From Nitrososphaerota archaeon (lineage in GTDB: Archaea; Thermoproteota; Nitrososphaeria_A; Caldarchaeales; Calditenuaceae), in assembly GCA_033581555.1 (NCBI GenBank), contig JAVQSZ010000001.1:128001-192000 (forward strand): DNA of 64,000 bases, in the 5' to 3' direction. Under the pieces are notes generated by a model. That model saw only the letters and a list, made by a program, of their open reading frames with translations, did not search any database and was not told the origin of the DNA. Each line of letters begins with the position of its first letter. Position 1 is the first letter of the stretch. A program made the translations under genes and the position numbers. This document shows positions 1-9,837 of this stretch, in pieces.

Positions 1-482
1 TGGATGCCGTACCAGTCGGACAGCCTCGAGTAGAAGGAGTTCAGCGTCTTCTGGACGTCGTCGAGCGTCCTCACCGCTTGGACGATCATCTGGTCCCTCC
101 TCAGGACCGCCTCCTTGATCGCGAGCTCCGTCACCCTGATCGCGACGCTCCTCAGGCTCTGGTCGTAGGCCTCGAGGGAGGGGAACGCCCCCGAGCTCAG
201 GGCGAGGTCCACCCTGTCGCCCGGCAGCTGCTCGGGCCCGATGAGCTGGCACCCGTAACCCATCGAGCGGATCGCCTCGTGGAGAAGAGGGTCGGGCGTC
301 GCGAACTCCTCGAAGCCCCTCGACTTCAGCCCCTCCAACAGGGCCCTCAGCCACGCCGCCGCGCCCGGCGACCTCAACCTCGCAAAGGCCTCTCCCGCGT
401 CCCCGGGGACCGAGTGGTGCTCGGTCAGGCCGTCGGACGTCACGAGGACGCCGGCTGGCGTGAGCATCAGCGTCGCCCGCAT
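1..482 (-). CDS. nop5: C/D box sRNP protein Nop5 (Nop56/58), N-terminal part; runs off the window edge
   Basis: Manual translation MRATLMLTPAG...RRDQMIVQAVRTLDDVQKTLNSFYSRLSDWYGI matches the Nop5 coiled-coil motif (IxQA..LDD..K.LN....RL.EWY). GGAGGT precedes the ATG at 482. Confidence 0.9.
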   Translation of the reverse strand, partial: MRATLMLTPAGVLVTSDGLTEHHSVPGDAGEAFARLRSPGAAAWLRALLEGLKSRGFEEFATPDPLLHEAIRSMGYGCQLIGPEQLPGDRVDLALSSGAFPSLEAYDQSLRSVAIRVTELAIKEAVLRRDQMIVQAVRTLDDVQKTLNSFYSRLSDWYGI

Positions 483-569
483 CGACCTCCATCACCGACC
501 GGCGTCTTATAACGTGATGGTCTGGGTCCCGACGCTCGGTTTTTCGGGCCCGCAGCCGTTCGAGGGCCG

Positions 570-1613
570 ATGGCCGAGTCCGAGCTGCCCTGCGTGAGGG
601 TCAGGAGGGAGAGGGCTGAGGAGCTGAGGAGGGCCCTAATGAGGGAAGGGCTTCTGGTGAGGGGCGCGAGGCCGCGCAAGGTCGGCGACGACGTCCTCTT
701 CCCCGTGACCGACCCGGAGAGGGCCTCGAGGCTCGCCGAGAGGTTCGGCGCCGAGCTGGGGTCCTACGTCTTCGAGGTCGTGGAGAGGCCGAGGGACCTG
801 AAGGAAGCCCTCAGGGACCTGCCCGAGGAGCTGCGCGGCCTGCTACCTTCGTCCTACGACGTGGTCGGCGATATCGCGGTCGTCCACGTCCCGGAGCCCC
901 TCTGGCCCCACAGACGTCGAATCGGCGAGGCGATCATGAGGGTCAACAGGTCGATCAGGGTCGTGCTGGGCGAGGCGGGGCCGGTGAGCGGCGAGTTCAG
1001 GCTGAGGGAGTTCGAGTGGCTCGCGGGCGAGAGTAGGACCGTGACCGTCCACAGGGAGAACGGGTGCGAGTTCGAGCTGGACATCGCGAGGGTCTACTTC
1101 TCGCCCAGGCTCTCCGGCGAGAGGTGGAGGGTTGTGGGACTGGTCGGCCCCGGCGAGAACGTCCTCGACATGTTCGCGGGCGTCGGGCCCTTCGCGATCG
1201 AGATCGCGAGGCACAAAGGGGTCAGGGTCACGGCGGTCGAGCTGAACCCGGTCGCGTACGAGTACCTGGTCAGGAACGTCGAGCGGAACCGCGTGAGGGG
1301 GCTGGTTGAGGCGATCAACGACGACGCGCGCAGGGCCGCGGAGTACTTGAGCCGCTCCTACGACCGTGTGATAATGAACTACCCTGCGGCGTCGCTAGAG
1401 TTCCTCGACGCAGCGGTCTCCGTGGCGAGGGAGGGGGCGATCCTGCACGTCTACGGCTTCGCGTCCAGCCCCGAGGACTGGAGGTGGAAGGTGGAGGAGG
1501 AGCTCAGGGAGCTCTCGGCGAGGGCCGAGGTCGTCTCGGTCAGGAAGGTGAGGGAGGTCTCGGCGTCGAGGGTGATCGCGGTCGCTGACGTGAGGCTCTC
1601 GGGGAGCGCGTGA
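570..1613 (+). CDS. trm5: Trm5/Met-10-family tRNA (m1G37/wyosine pathway) SAM-dependent methyltransferase
   Basis: Motifs SYDVVGDIA, VYFSPRLSGER, VLDMFAGVGPF, ELNPVAYEYL, DRVIMNYP. Confidence 0.88.
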   Translation: MAESELPCVRVRRERAEELRRALMREGLLVRGARPRKVGDDVLFPVTDPERASRLAERFGAELGSYVFEVVERPRDLKEALRDLPEELRGLLPSSYDVVGDIAVVHVPEPLWPHRRRIGEAIMRVNRSIRVVLGEAGPVSGEFRLREFEWLAGESRTVTVHRENGCEFELDIARVYFSPRLSGERWRVVGLVGPGENVLDMFAGVGPFAIEIARHKGVRVTAVELNPVAYEYLVRNVERNRVRGLVEAINDDARRAAEYLSRSYDRVIMNYPAASLEFLDAAVSVAREGAILHVYGFASSPEDWRWKVEEELRELSARAEVVSVRKVREVSASRVIAVADVRLSGSA

Positions 1614-1672
1614 GGCGGTCTCGGCCGGCTCCGGGTAACCGATATAACCCGCTCGGAGCGCGTAGCCGCGGC

Positions 1673-3247
1673 GTGGGCAGTAGGGTCTCCCTGCCTCCCT
1701 CGGAAGAGGGACACATCGAGTTCAAGTCGAGGCTGCTCTCTTCGGTCCACCTGAGGCCCGAGAGGAGGCAACAGCTCGTGGCCCAGATGAAGTCGAGGCT
1801 GATAGAGGGGGGCGGCGTCGCGGTCTACGTCCTGGGGGTAGAGGACGACGGCACGCCCGCGGGGCTGACTGAGGTGGAGCTGGAGGAGAGCGTCGCGGTG
1901 ATCAGCTCTCTGGCCGCGGAGTGTGGGGCGAGGGTGAGGCGGGTCGAGAGGGCCTCGACGGAGGGAGGCATCGTGGCGAAGGTCGTGATCGAAAGGGTCT
2001 CGACCTCCCCGAAGAGCCACCTGACCGTAGGGGTGGCGGGACACGTCAACCACGGGAAGTCGACGCTCGTCGCGTGCCTCGTGACCGGAGAGAGGGACGA
2101 CGGGACCAAGTGGCTCTACATGGACACGCTCCCCCACGAGATCTCGAGGAACCTGTCTGCTGACTTGCACTTCACGGTCCTCGGGTTCAGGGAGGGGAGG
2201 CCGGTCTTCCTCAGGAACCCCAGGGACAGGGAGGAGAAGGCGAGGGTCGTCAGGGAGGCCGAGAGGGTCGTGAGCATCGTCGACACGGTCGGACACGAGC
2301 CGTGGCTCAGGACGACCATACGTGGGCTCCTCGGACAGGGCCTCGACTACGGGATCCTCGTGGTCGCGGCCGACGACGGGCCCACCTACATCACCAGGGA
2401 GCACCTCGGCGTGATGTTCGGTTCGCAGCTCCCGGTCATCGTCTGCATCACGAAGGTCGACAAGGTCGGGAGGAAGAGGCTCGAGGAGGTCAGGGAGGAG
2501 GTATCGAGACTGATCAAGCGGGTTGGCCGGGTCCCCTATCAGGTGAAGGACAGGTCTGACGTTGACGTGGTCGTCGACAAGGTTAACCCGGTCGTGCCGA
2601 TCGTGGAGGTATCGTCGGCGACGAGGCAGGGCTTCGACCTCCTCTATGGGCTCCTCTCCTCCCTACCTCCTAGGCCGAAGAGGGTCAACGGGCCGTTCCT
2701 GATGTACGTCGACAGGGTCTACAACGTCGAGGGCGCGGGGACGGTCGTCTCAGGGACGATCCTGCAGGGGACGCTGAGGAGCGGGGACGCGCTGCTGCTC
2801 GGCCCGGACGACAAGGGGAGCTTCGCGGAAGTGAGGGTGAGGAGCATAGAGGTCCATCACTCTAAGGTCGAGGAGGCCTACGCGGGTCAGCTCGTCGGCG
2901 TGGCGATCAGGGGGGTCCCTCAGGGCTCCGTTAGGAGGGGGATGGTCCTCTCGGGCTCGGAGACGAGGCCGAGGGCCGTTAGGCGGTTCGACGGAGAGTT
3001 CGTCGTCCTTAACCACCCCACGAGGGTCGCGACCGGTTACGAGCCGATATTCCACTGCCACACGATCGCCCAGTCGGTCAAGACCTTCGTCCACGAGAAC
3101 GGTTTCGTCGCGCCCGGAGAGCAGGGGACCGCGACGTTCTCGTTCAAGTACAGACCCGAGTTCGTCAGGGAGGACGACGTCTTCGTCTTGAGGGAGGGCA
3201 GGGTCAAGGGGATCGGGAGGATAACGAGGGTGCTAGAGGACAGTTGA
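1673..3247 (+). CDS. GTPBP1/2-like translational GTPase
   Basis: N-terminal EEGHIEFK...YVLGVEDDG domain; G-motifs GHVNHGKS, DTVGHE, TKVD; EF-Tu-like domains II/III. GTG 1673 lies about 25 nt after GATATAA; the ORF is open from 1610. Confidence 0.85.
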   Translation: MGSRVSLPPSEEGHIEFKSRLLSSVHLRPERRQQLVAQMKSRLIEGGGVAVYVLGVEDDGTPAGLTEVELEESVAVISSLAAECGARVRRVERASTEGGIVAKVVIERVSTSPKSHLTVGVAGHVNHGKSTLVACLVTGERDDGTKWLYMDTLPHEISRNLSADLHFTVLGFREGRPVFLRNPRDREEKARVVREAERVVSIVDTVGHEPWLRTTIRGLLGQGLDYGILVVAADDGPTYITREHLGVMFGSQLPVIVCITKVDKVGRKRLEEVREEVSRLIKRVGRVPYQVKDRSDVDVVVDKVNPVVPIVEVSSATRQGFDLLYGLLSSLPPRPKRVNGPFLMYVDRVYNVEGAGTVVSGTILQGTLRSGDALLLGPDDKGSFAEVRVRSIEVHHSKVEEAYAGQLVGVAIRGVPQGSVRRGMVLSGSETRPRAVRRFDGEFVVLNHPTRVATGYEPIFHCHTIAQSVKTFVHENGFVAPGEQGTATFSFKYRPEFVREDDVFVLREGRVKGIGRITRVLEDS

Positions 3248-3314
3248 GCGGGATCGCGGCCTGCTCTGCATCTCCGAGCGGTGCTATGAGCCGATCTCGG
3301 GCGCGAGGCGCACA

Positions 3315-3358
3315 GGAGACAAAGATGTCTCCATTCGAATAACCGTGAGGGTCTCACT
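3315..3358. promoter_or_regulatory. Two inverted repeats upstream of the TRAP operon (candidate operator)
   Basis: GGAGACA-aaga-TGTCTCC (3315-3332) and GTGAG-ggt-CTCAC (3346-3358), just before an AT-rich promoter. Confidence 0.35.
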
Positions 3359-3404
3359 ACACACTTTCCAAAAACTTATCTAGGTCAAAGCTATTTACAG
3401 ATGT

Positions 3405-4400
3405 ATGAACAAGACCCGAATCAGGCTCTTAGTGGTCGTCGGTGTGGTGGTCGTTGCGGCGATAATCACCGCGACCTACTTCACCACGGTCGCGAGGCCT
3501 CCCGAAAGAGTGACGCTCAGCATAGCAACGGGAGGTGTGGGAGGAGTCTACTATCCCGTGGGTGGGGCCTTCGCGTCTCTCTGGAACAAGCACCTCGGGC
3601 CGACGGTGACTGCCACCGTTGAGGCCACGACGGCCTCCGTGGACAACATCAAGCTCCTGAGGGACGGGAAGGTCGAGGTGGCCTTCACGCTGCCTGACAC
3701 AGCTTACGATGCCTACAGGGGGACTGGAGCGTTCTCGGACTCGAGGGTCGAGGTCAGAGCACTCGCGGTGTTGTACAACAACTACCAACACATAGTGACC
3801 CTTGAGGGCAAGGGCATCACGAAGATCTCCGACCTCAGGGGGAAGAGGGTCTCGACGGGCGCTCCGGGGAGCGGGACCGAGGTGATAGCCCTGAGGATCC
3901 TTCGGGCGGCGGGCATCGACCCCGACAAGGACATCGTAAGGGAGAGGTTGGGGGTGAGGGAATCCGCTGACGCGCTCAAGGACGGGAAGATAGACGCGTT
4001 CTTCTGGAGCGGGGGGATACCGACCGCGGCTGTCGCAGAGCTGGCTTCTGCGCCGGGCCTGAAGGTCGTCCTCCTGCCGAGCGCCGAAGTCGTCGACAAG
4101 CTGAGGGAGCAGTACGGGCCCATTTACTTCGTCGCCAAGATACCCGCCAGGACGTACGCGGGCCAGGACAGGGACATCGAGGTCCTGACGGCCACGAACC
4201 TCTTGGTGGTCCACGCCCGAATGCCCGAGTCTCTTGCCTACCAGTTGACGAAGACCCTGTTCGATAACATGAATGAGATCATGGGAGCCCACGCCGTCAT
4301 CAAGGACATCAAGCTTGAGTTCCAGAAGTCAATGTACTCGCCGATACCCTTCCACGAGGGCGCGATAAGGTACTACAGGGAGAAGGGCGTCTGGAGATAG
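3405..4400 (+). CDS. TAXI-family TRAP transporter solute-binding protein
   Basis: N-terminal TM anchor; SIATGGVGGVYYPVG, ASVDN, GAPGSGTE, PFHEGAIRYYREKG. Confidence 0.92.
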   Translation: MNKTRIRLLVVVGVVVVAAIITATYFTTVARPPERVTLSIATGGVGGVYYPVGGAFASLWNKHLGPTVTATVEATTASVDNIKLLRDGKVEVAFTLPDTAYDAYRGTGAFSDSRVEVRALAVLYNNYQHIVTLEGKGITKISDLRGKRVSTGAPGSGTEVIALRILRAAGIDPDKDIVRERLGVRESADALKDGKIDAFFWSGGIPTAAVAELASAPGLKVVLLPSAEVVDKLREQYGPIYFVAKIPARTYAGQDRDIEVLTATNLLVVHARMPESLAYQLTKTLFDNMNEIMGAHAVIKDIKLEFQKSMYSPIPFHEGAIRYYREKGVWR

Positions 4401-4410
4401 CTCGTCGAAC

Positions 4411-4878
4411 TTGAGGGCCAGTCCGCTGGACCTACTGACCGGCTTCATGGTCCTGGTGACCGTGATCGCTCTAGTTACGACGGTCGACGTGAACCGCGAG
4501 ACCGTTTGCGTGAGGGGAGAACGGGGGAAGGCGCTGGTCATGGACGTACCCGAGAACAGGACCGTATCTCTTCGGTACACACACTCGGTGAGGCAGATGG
4601 TTACGATTGAGACTTACCACATCGAGCGGGGTGCGATCGTCCTGAGGAGCGTGAAGATGGGCGACGGAGCCTCGAGCGCCCTCTACGACGAAGGCATGTC
4701 CTTCATGGACGGTGGAGCCGTCAGGATCGAGGGGGTGAACGTCCGGCTCGGCGGGCTGAAGTTGAGGGTCGGCGACGTGGGAAGACCCGTGCTGACGGTT
4801 GGGAACACTCAGATCGACCTCTCCGACGTCTTCGGTCCGGGCGAGGGGGTCGAAATCAGCCTTGATGGATGCGCGTAA
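4411..4878 (+). CDS. DUF1850-family TAXI-associated protein
   Basis: LRYTHSV...ETY motif; sits between the TAXI receptor and the fused permease. Confidence 0.75.
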   Translation: MRASPLDLLTGFMVLVTVIALVTTVDVNRETVCVRGERGKALVMDVPENRTVSLRYTHSVRQMVTIETYHIERGAIVLRSVKMGDGASSALYDEGMSFMDGGAVRIEGVNVRLGGLKLRVGDVGRPVLTVGNTQIDLSDVFGPGEGVEISLDGCA

Positions 4879-6814
4879 GCTCTTGACGGACGCCCTTGCG
4901 GCGGCCTTGGTCCTCTGGTCGCTGTACAGCGTGGCACCCATAAACCTAGTTCTGCCGGACTGGGCGATTCAACTCCTGCCCCTCAGACCACCTGTAGAGA
5001 CCTACAAGTTCAGGTGGGTCCACCTGACCTTGATACTTGCCCTAGCGGCGCTGACTTACACGAAGTCCAGAGCGGGGACGCTGCCGCTGCTTTTGCTGGC
5101 GTTCGGAGGCCTGTTCTACCAGGTCTCGCAGTTCGACAGGTTCGTTTACTCGGCCGCGACCCCCACCGCCATCGACGTGATAGTCGGCCTGATGACCGTC
5201 GGGCTACTGCTTTACGCGGTACTGAGGAGCAGCGGCCTGGCGGTCACCCTACTGCTGTTGTTCTTCATGGTTTACGCGGTGACCGGGTATTACTGGCCCG
5301 AGCCCTTCACACACAAGGGCTACAGCTTCGAGAGGCTGATCGGACACCTGTACATGACTCTAGAGGGGATATTCGGCGTCGCCATCGACGTCTCCGCCAC
5401 GCTGGTGATCCTGTTCGTCGCATATGGGGCCCTAATGGACGCCTCAGGGGCCAGCAAGTTCTTCATGGAGCTGGTGTACCTGTCGATGGGAAGAAGCCCC
5501 TCTGCCGCCGGAAGGGCGACCGTACTCCTCACAGCGCTCATCGGCGGGCCCCAGGGCAGCGGGGTCGCCACGACGCTCTCCGTGGGGCCGCTGGTGAAGG
5601 AATACCTGTTGAGGGCCGGGTATCCGAGGGAGAAGGCCGCGGGGCTGCTGTCGGCCGGCGGAATGGGCGCCGTGATATCGCCCCCACTCCTAGGTGCGGC
5701 AGCTTTCCTGATGATGGAATTCCTGAGGATCCCCCTGATCAGCGTGATGGTCCTCGTTCTGGTCCCCACTTTGCTCATCTACATCGTTCTCTACGTGACG
5801 GTCTGGCTCGAAGCGAAGGCCCTGGACCTCAAACCCGTTGAGCTCCCGAGGGTCGAAGCGCGCAAAGTGTTGAGGGGGCTCTATCACCTGCTCTCGATGG
5901 TGGTCCTGATAGCGGTCCTGCTAGTCGGACGCTCGCCCGGAATGGCCATAACGTCGGCGATATTCGTCACGATCGTCACGAGCTTCCTCAGCAGGGACAG
6001 GAGTGAGTGGTTGACTCCTAGGAGGCTCATCAGGACGCTCGTGGATGGGGGGAAGAGCTTCCTGCCGGTGGGGTGCATACTCGCGGGCGTGGGGATCGTG
6101 ATCGGAGTCTTCACCCTCACGGGGCTGGGCCTCAAGCTCGCTGGAATCATCGTGGCCGCGAGCGGGGGAGTCAGGGAGGTAGCGGTCCTGCTCAGCGGGT
6201 TAGCGGTCATACTGGTGGGTCTGGCCGTCCCGATAACCGCCTCCTACGTGGTCACGGCTGCTGTCGTCACGCCGGCCCTCGCCGCCCTCGGCATACCCCC
6301 ACACGTATCGCACGTCTTCGTCTTCTACTACTCAGTGCTCTCAGAGGTCTCACCCCCAATAGGGCTGGCCCCCATGGCTGCTGCATCGATCTTCGGCGGG
6401 AACCCCTTCAGGACCATGATGGAGGCCTGGAGGTACACGCTCCCGGCGTTCATCATACCCTTCTTCTTCACCTTCACGGCGGACGGGGAGCGACTGCTGT
6501 TGCTGCAGGACCCGAGGAACGTCGTCTTCTTCGACCCACAGGGAGCGATCGTGCCCCTCACGGCATCGATCGTAGGGGTGGTGTTGTTGAGCGCCGCCAT
6601 AGCAGGACACCTGTTCGCCAACCTGAGCCCGACCGAGGTCGCGGCCCTCGCAGTCGCGGGCTCGATGATAGGCCTCTACCCGGAGAACCAGCTCGCCGTC
6701 CTCTCCTCGCTGGTCTTGATCGCGGGGGTCTTGTCAGTTCAGATCGCTAAGACCAGGGTGGGAGCCCAGGTTCGGCACCGGCTCGAGCTGAGTCTTTCCA
6801 GGCCTCGTGGCTGA
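4865..6814 (+). CDS. TRAP transporter fused 4TM/12TM permease (DctQM)
   Basis: Polytopic membrane protein; EGIFGVA, GAVISPP, LSEVSPPIGLA motifs. Confidence 0.9.
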   Translation: MDARKLLTDALAAALVLWSLYSVAPINLVLPDWAIQLLPLRPPVETYKFRWVHLTLILALAALTYTKSRAGTLPLLLLAFGGLFYQVSQFDRFVYSAATPTAIDVIVGLMTVGLLLYAVLRSSGLAVTLLLLFFMVYAVTGYYWPEPFTHKGYSFERLIGHLYMTLEGIFGVAIDVSATLVILFVAYGALMDASGASKFFMELVYLSMGRSPSAAGRATVLLTALIGGPQGSGVATTLSVGPLVKEYLLRAGYPREKAAGLLSAGGMGAVISPPLLGAAAFLMMEFLRIPLISVMVLVLVPTLLIYIVLYVTVWLEAKALDLKPVELPRVEARKVLRGLYHLLSMVVLIAVLLVGRSPGMAITSAIFVTIVTSFLSRDRSEWLTPRRLIRTLVDGGKSFLPVGCILAGVGIVIGVFTLTGLGLKLAGIIVAASGGVREVAVLLSGLAVILVGLAVPITASYVVTAAVVTPALAALGIPPHVSHVFVFYYSVLSEVSPPIGLAPMAAASIFGGNPFRTMMEAWRYTLPAFIIPFFFTFTADGERLLLLQDPRNVVFFDPQGAIVPLTASIVGVVLLSAAIAGHLFANLSPTEVAALAVAGSMIGLYPENQLAVLSSLVLIAGVLSVQIAKTRVGAQVRHRLELSLSRPRG

Positions 6815-7676
6815 ATCGCAGGAGCGCCTCAAAGATCGCCTGCGTGCCGTGCTTGTCGAACCCCATTGCACAGAGGACCTTCGTCAGCTGGTGGACCGTC
6901 GAAGCGCCGAACAGCGGGACGCCCGTCCGCTCGGCGACCTCCAGCACGATCCTCAGGTCCTTTCTCAAGTGCTCGACCTTGAAGCCGGGAGCGTAGTCCC
7001 GCTCGATCATCTTCGGCCCGAGGTTGTTCAGCTGCCAAGATCCCGCGGCGCCCGACCCGATCACCTCGAGGACCTTTCGGGGGTCGAGTCCGACCCTCAC
7101 CGCGAACGCTAGGGCCTCAGCGGCCGCGAGGAGCGTCCCCGCGACCGCGATCTGGTTCGAGAGCTTCGTCAACTGACCGCTGCCAGACGGCCCCATGTAC
7201 TCGATCCTCCTCCCCATGCACTCGAGGAGCGGCCTGACCCTCTCGAAGGCCTCCCTCTCGCCTCCGACCATGAAGGTGAGCGTCCCAGACTCGGCCGCGA
7301 AGGTGCTGCCGGTGACCGGAGCGTCGAGGTAGCTCGCGCCGACCTCCGCGAGCCTCGCGGCGATCTCCGCCTCGGTCGACGGGGAGACGGTGGAGCAGTC
7401 GACAACGATCGACCCGGACCTGACCCCCTTCACGACTCCCCTCTCGCCCAGGACGACCTCCATCACGTCCTTCGAGTCGGGGAGCATCAGGAAGACGAAC
7501 TCGGACGCCCTCGCGACCTCCTCGGGGCTCGAGGCCGCTCGCGCGCCCATCGCGACCAGTTCCTCTACCGGCGGCCTGCTCCTGTTGTGGACGGTCAGTT
7601 CGTGGCCGTGCTGCAGCAGCCTCTTCGACATCGGCCTCCCCATCAGGCCCAGCCCGATGAAGCCGACCTTCGCCAT
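6747..7676 (-). CDS. beta-hydroxyacid dehydrogenase (tartronate semialdehyde reductase / 3-hydroxyisobutyrate dehydrogenase family)
   Basis: GFIGLGLMG Rossmann motif, DAPVTGS, GQLTKLSNQ. Confidence 0.9.
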   Translation of the reverse strand: MAKVGFIGLGLMGRPMSKRLLQHGHELTVHNRSRPPVEELVAMGARAASSPEEVARASEFVFLMLPDSKDVMEVVLGERGVVKGVRSGSIVVDCSTVSPSTEAEIAARLAEVGASYLDAPVTGSTFAAESGTLTFMVGGEREAFERVRPLLECMGRRIEYMGPSGSGQLTKLSNQIAVAGTLLAAAEALAFAVRVGLDPRKVLEVIGSGAAGSWQLNNLGPKMIERDYAPGFKVEHLRKDLRIVLEVAERTGVPLFGASTVHQLTKVLCAMGFDKHGTQAIFEALLRFSHEAWKDSARAGAEPGLPPWS

Positions 7677-7775
7677 CGAGCATTGGTCTCGATCGGCCGG
7701 CTTTACCCGTTTCCCACGGCGGAGCTCCGATGTCAGGCGCGGCGTTTATGGTGAGGGCGGAGGACGTCAGGAACG

Positions 7776-8327
7776 GTGCAGGTCTTCAGGCCCTACGTCG
7801 ACCTGAGGAGGTCGGCCGTGGTGCTGGACGACAGGAGGCTCGGGAAGCAGCGGGTCGAGTGCAAGCAGGTCCTGAAAGCGATCCTCAGGAAGTTGGGCCT
7901 GATCGACGACGGCCTCAGGGGATGGCTCAACCACCCGGTCGTCCTCCTCTACTTCAACGAGGGGAGGCCCTACGTCAGGGACCTGGTCGGGTTCTTCTGG
8001 GCCTGCGTCGAGGAGTGGAGGATGAGGGGGTACAGCAGCTCGATAGGCCTCGAGGACGTAGACCCCCTTCTCGGGAGGATCGAGGTCACGGAGGGCACGC
8101 CGGTCACCCGGGTCCACGAGATCGAGTACCGGAGGATACTCCTGGTGAAGGACCCAGAGCACTACGTCAGGGCGTTCCCGAGGGAGGAGGTGATTGAGGT
8201 CCTCGAGACCGAGCCGGTCCTCGTGAGCGGGATCAACGGCTGGCTCTTCGAGGACTTGAAGAGCTACGAGAGGGCCGTGAGGAGGATCAGGAGGATGCTC
8301 GAGAAGAGGGTTGCTGGAGGGGCTTAA
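7776..8327 (+). CDS. Pyrimidine-dimer DNA glycosylase / T4 endonuclease V-like protein
   Basis: MQVFRPY...LDDRRLGKQRVECKQ...GWLNHP...EWRMRGY pattern. Confidence 0.8.
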   Translation: MQVFRPYVDLRRSAVVLDDRRLGKQRVECKQVLKAILRKLGLIDDGLRGWLNHPVVLLYFNEGRPYVRDLVGFFWACVEEWRMRGYSSSIGLEDVDPLLGRIEVTEGTPVTRVHEIEYRRILLVKDPEHYVRAFPREEVIEVLETEPVLVSGINGWLFEDLKSYERAVRRIRRMLEKRVAGGA

Positions 8328-8419
8328 GCCCCCTCCGGGCGCGTTGACGTCGAAGTCCCTCGGGAGGACCCTCTCGGTCAGCCTGGTCTGGAGGGCTCCT
8401 TCTCCCTAACAGCCGGATT

Positions 8420-8680
8420 GTCGAGGTTCACCCTCCTGACGTCCTCTGGGACGGCCTCGAGCCCGGAGACCTCGCCTTACCGCTCGACGAGCTCCTCCAT
8501 GACCTCTTCCCAGACGCCTGCCTCCTTCAGGCCCCTCACCAGGTATCCGTTGCACTCGAAGAACTTCCCGGAGAGCTTCCGCCCGCTAAGGAGGTTGCTG
8601 AGGTACGGGTCGGGGTCCGGCGTCGTCCCGGCTGTGATCGAGATCGTCGCGGTCGGCGAGATCGCTAGGCGTGGTTGGCC
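8420..8680 (-). pseudogene. Degraded C-terminal fragment of a ribonucleotide reductase large subunit
   Basis: LAISPTATISITAGTTP...KLSGKFFECNGYLVRGLKEAGVWEEVMEELVER*GEVSGLEAVPEDVRRV resembles the RNR APTxTISxxAG region. In-frame TAA at 8477-8479; no N-terminus. Confidence 0.7.
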
Positions 8681-8712
8681 GCCGAAGAGAGGACGGACCA
8701 GTGAAGCCCGCG

Positions 8713-9168
8713 TCAGAGGAGGGCGTCGACGATGTACGCGACTATCGTTCCGTAGAGAACGTGGAGCGCGACGCTGAGGGCCGAAGGCCTCCACCCGAGC
8801 GGGTGTTTGGTGATCGAGACCCCGGTGAGGGGCTTATGGATGAGCGCAAGCGTGAAGACCCAGAGGAAGACCCCGAAGGCGGGACCGAGGACCAGTGGGC
8901 CGAGCAGGGTGAATTGGGGCACTAACGCGATGAAGGCGCCGTAGGCCATCGCGGCGATGCCTCCGTTCGCGAAGTGGAAGAGGAACCCGATCGAGAAGGA
9001 GTCCTCCGGCCTGCGCCCCATCACCTTCGATGCGATCATCTGGTTCTCGTGCCACTCGAGAATTCCGACAGTCGACCACCTTCGCCAGAAGAAGTACTGT
9101 GGCACGCTCATCACCGCGGTCGCCACGATGCCCGCGAAGAGACCGTATGCGGCGGCCTCGATGACCAC
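8713..9168 (-). CDS. 4-TM membrane protein of unknown function
   Basis: GLFAGIVATAVMS...GFLFHFANG...ALHVLYG; intramembrane histidines. Confidence 0.65.
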   Translation of the reverse strand: MVIEAAAYGLFAGIVATAVMSVPQYFFWRRWSTVGILEWHENQMIASKVMGRRPEDSFSIGFLFHFANGGIAAMAYGAFIALVPQFTLLGPLVLGPAFGVFLWVFTLALIHKPLTGVSITKHPLGWRPSALSVALHVLYGTIVAYIVDALL

Positions 9169-9267
9169 GGACTGACTCCGTGAGGCAAGAGGATAAGCCT
9201 AACCCATCCCGTGAGGTCCTGCGTCTTCCCGCGAAAGCTTTATCGATGGGTGGTACGGGAGAACGGC

Positions 9268-9837
9268 GTGAGCAGCGACTTCCCGCCTTGGTGGAGGAGG
9301 AGGTGGAGGACCTTTGAGCTCATCGACGAGATGATGAGGGAGTTCGAGAGGTGGTTCGAGGAGGAGTTCAGGAGGTTCGAGAGGGAGTTGCCCAGGGACC
9401 TGATCAGGGAGATCAGGACTCCGACCGGCATCAGAAGGGAGATCGGCCCGATAGTCTACGGCTACTCTATCACGATAGGCCCCGACGGAAGGCCGGTGAT
9501 CAGGGAGTTCGGGAACGTGAGGCCGAGCCGGAGGGGAGAGCCGCCCATGCTGACGGTCGAGAGGGAGCCGCTCGTAGACGTCCTCGACGAGGAGGATAAA
9601 GTCAGGGTGATCGCGGAGGTGCCGGGCGTCAACAAGGAGGACATCAACCTGAACGTCACGGACACCAAGCTGACCATCAAGGTCGACACCGAGAAGCGGA
9701 GGTACTACAAGGAGATCGACCTGCCGGCCGAGGTCGACGCCGAGAACGCGAAGGCCAGCTACAACAACGGCGTCCTTGAGGTCACGCTCCCGAAGAAGGT
9801 CACACGAAGGCCCGTGAAGCAGATTAAGGTCGAATGA
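9268..9837 (+). CDS. hsp20: Small heat-shock protein, archaeal Hsp20
   Basis: GPIVYGYSITIGPDGRPVIREFGNV; alpha-crystallin AEVPGV...ASYNNGVLEV; C-terminal IKVE. Confidence 0.93.
   Translation: MSSDFPPWWRRRWRTFELIDEMMREFERWFEEEFRRFERELPRDLIREIRTPTGIRREIGPIVYGYSITIGPDGRPVIREFGNVRPSRRGEPPMLTVEREPLVDVLDEEDKVRVIAEVPGVNKEDINLNVTDTKLTIKVDTEKRRYYKEIDLPAEVDAENAKASYNNGVLEVTLPKKVTRRPVKQIKVE

Noticed and set aside
6747-6814. 68-bp convergent overlap of the TRAP permease and the dehydrogenase
   Set aside because: Both tails look non-conserved; such overlaps are common in compact GC-rich genomes
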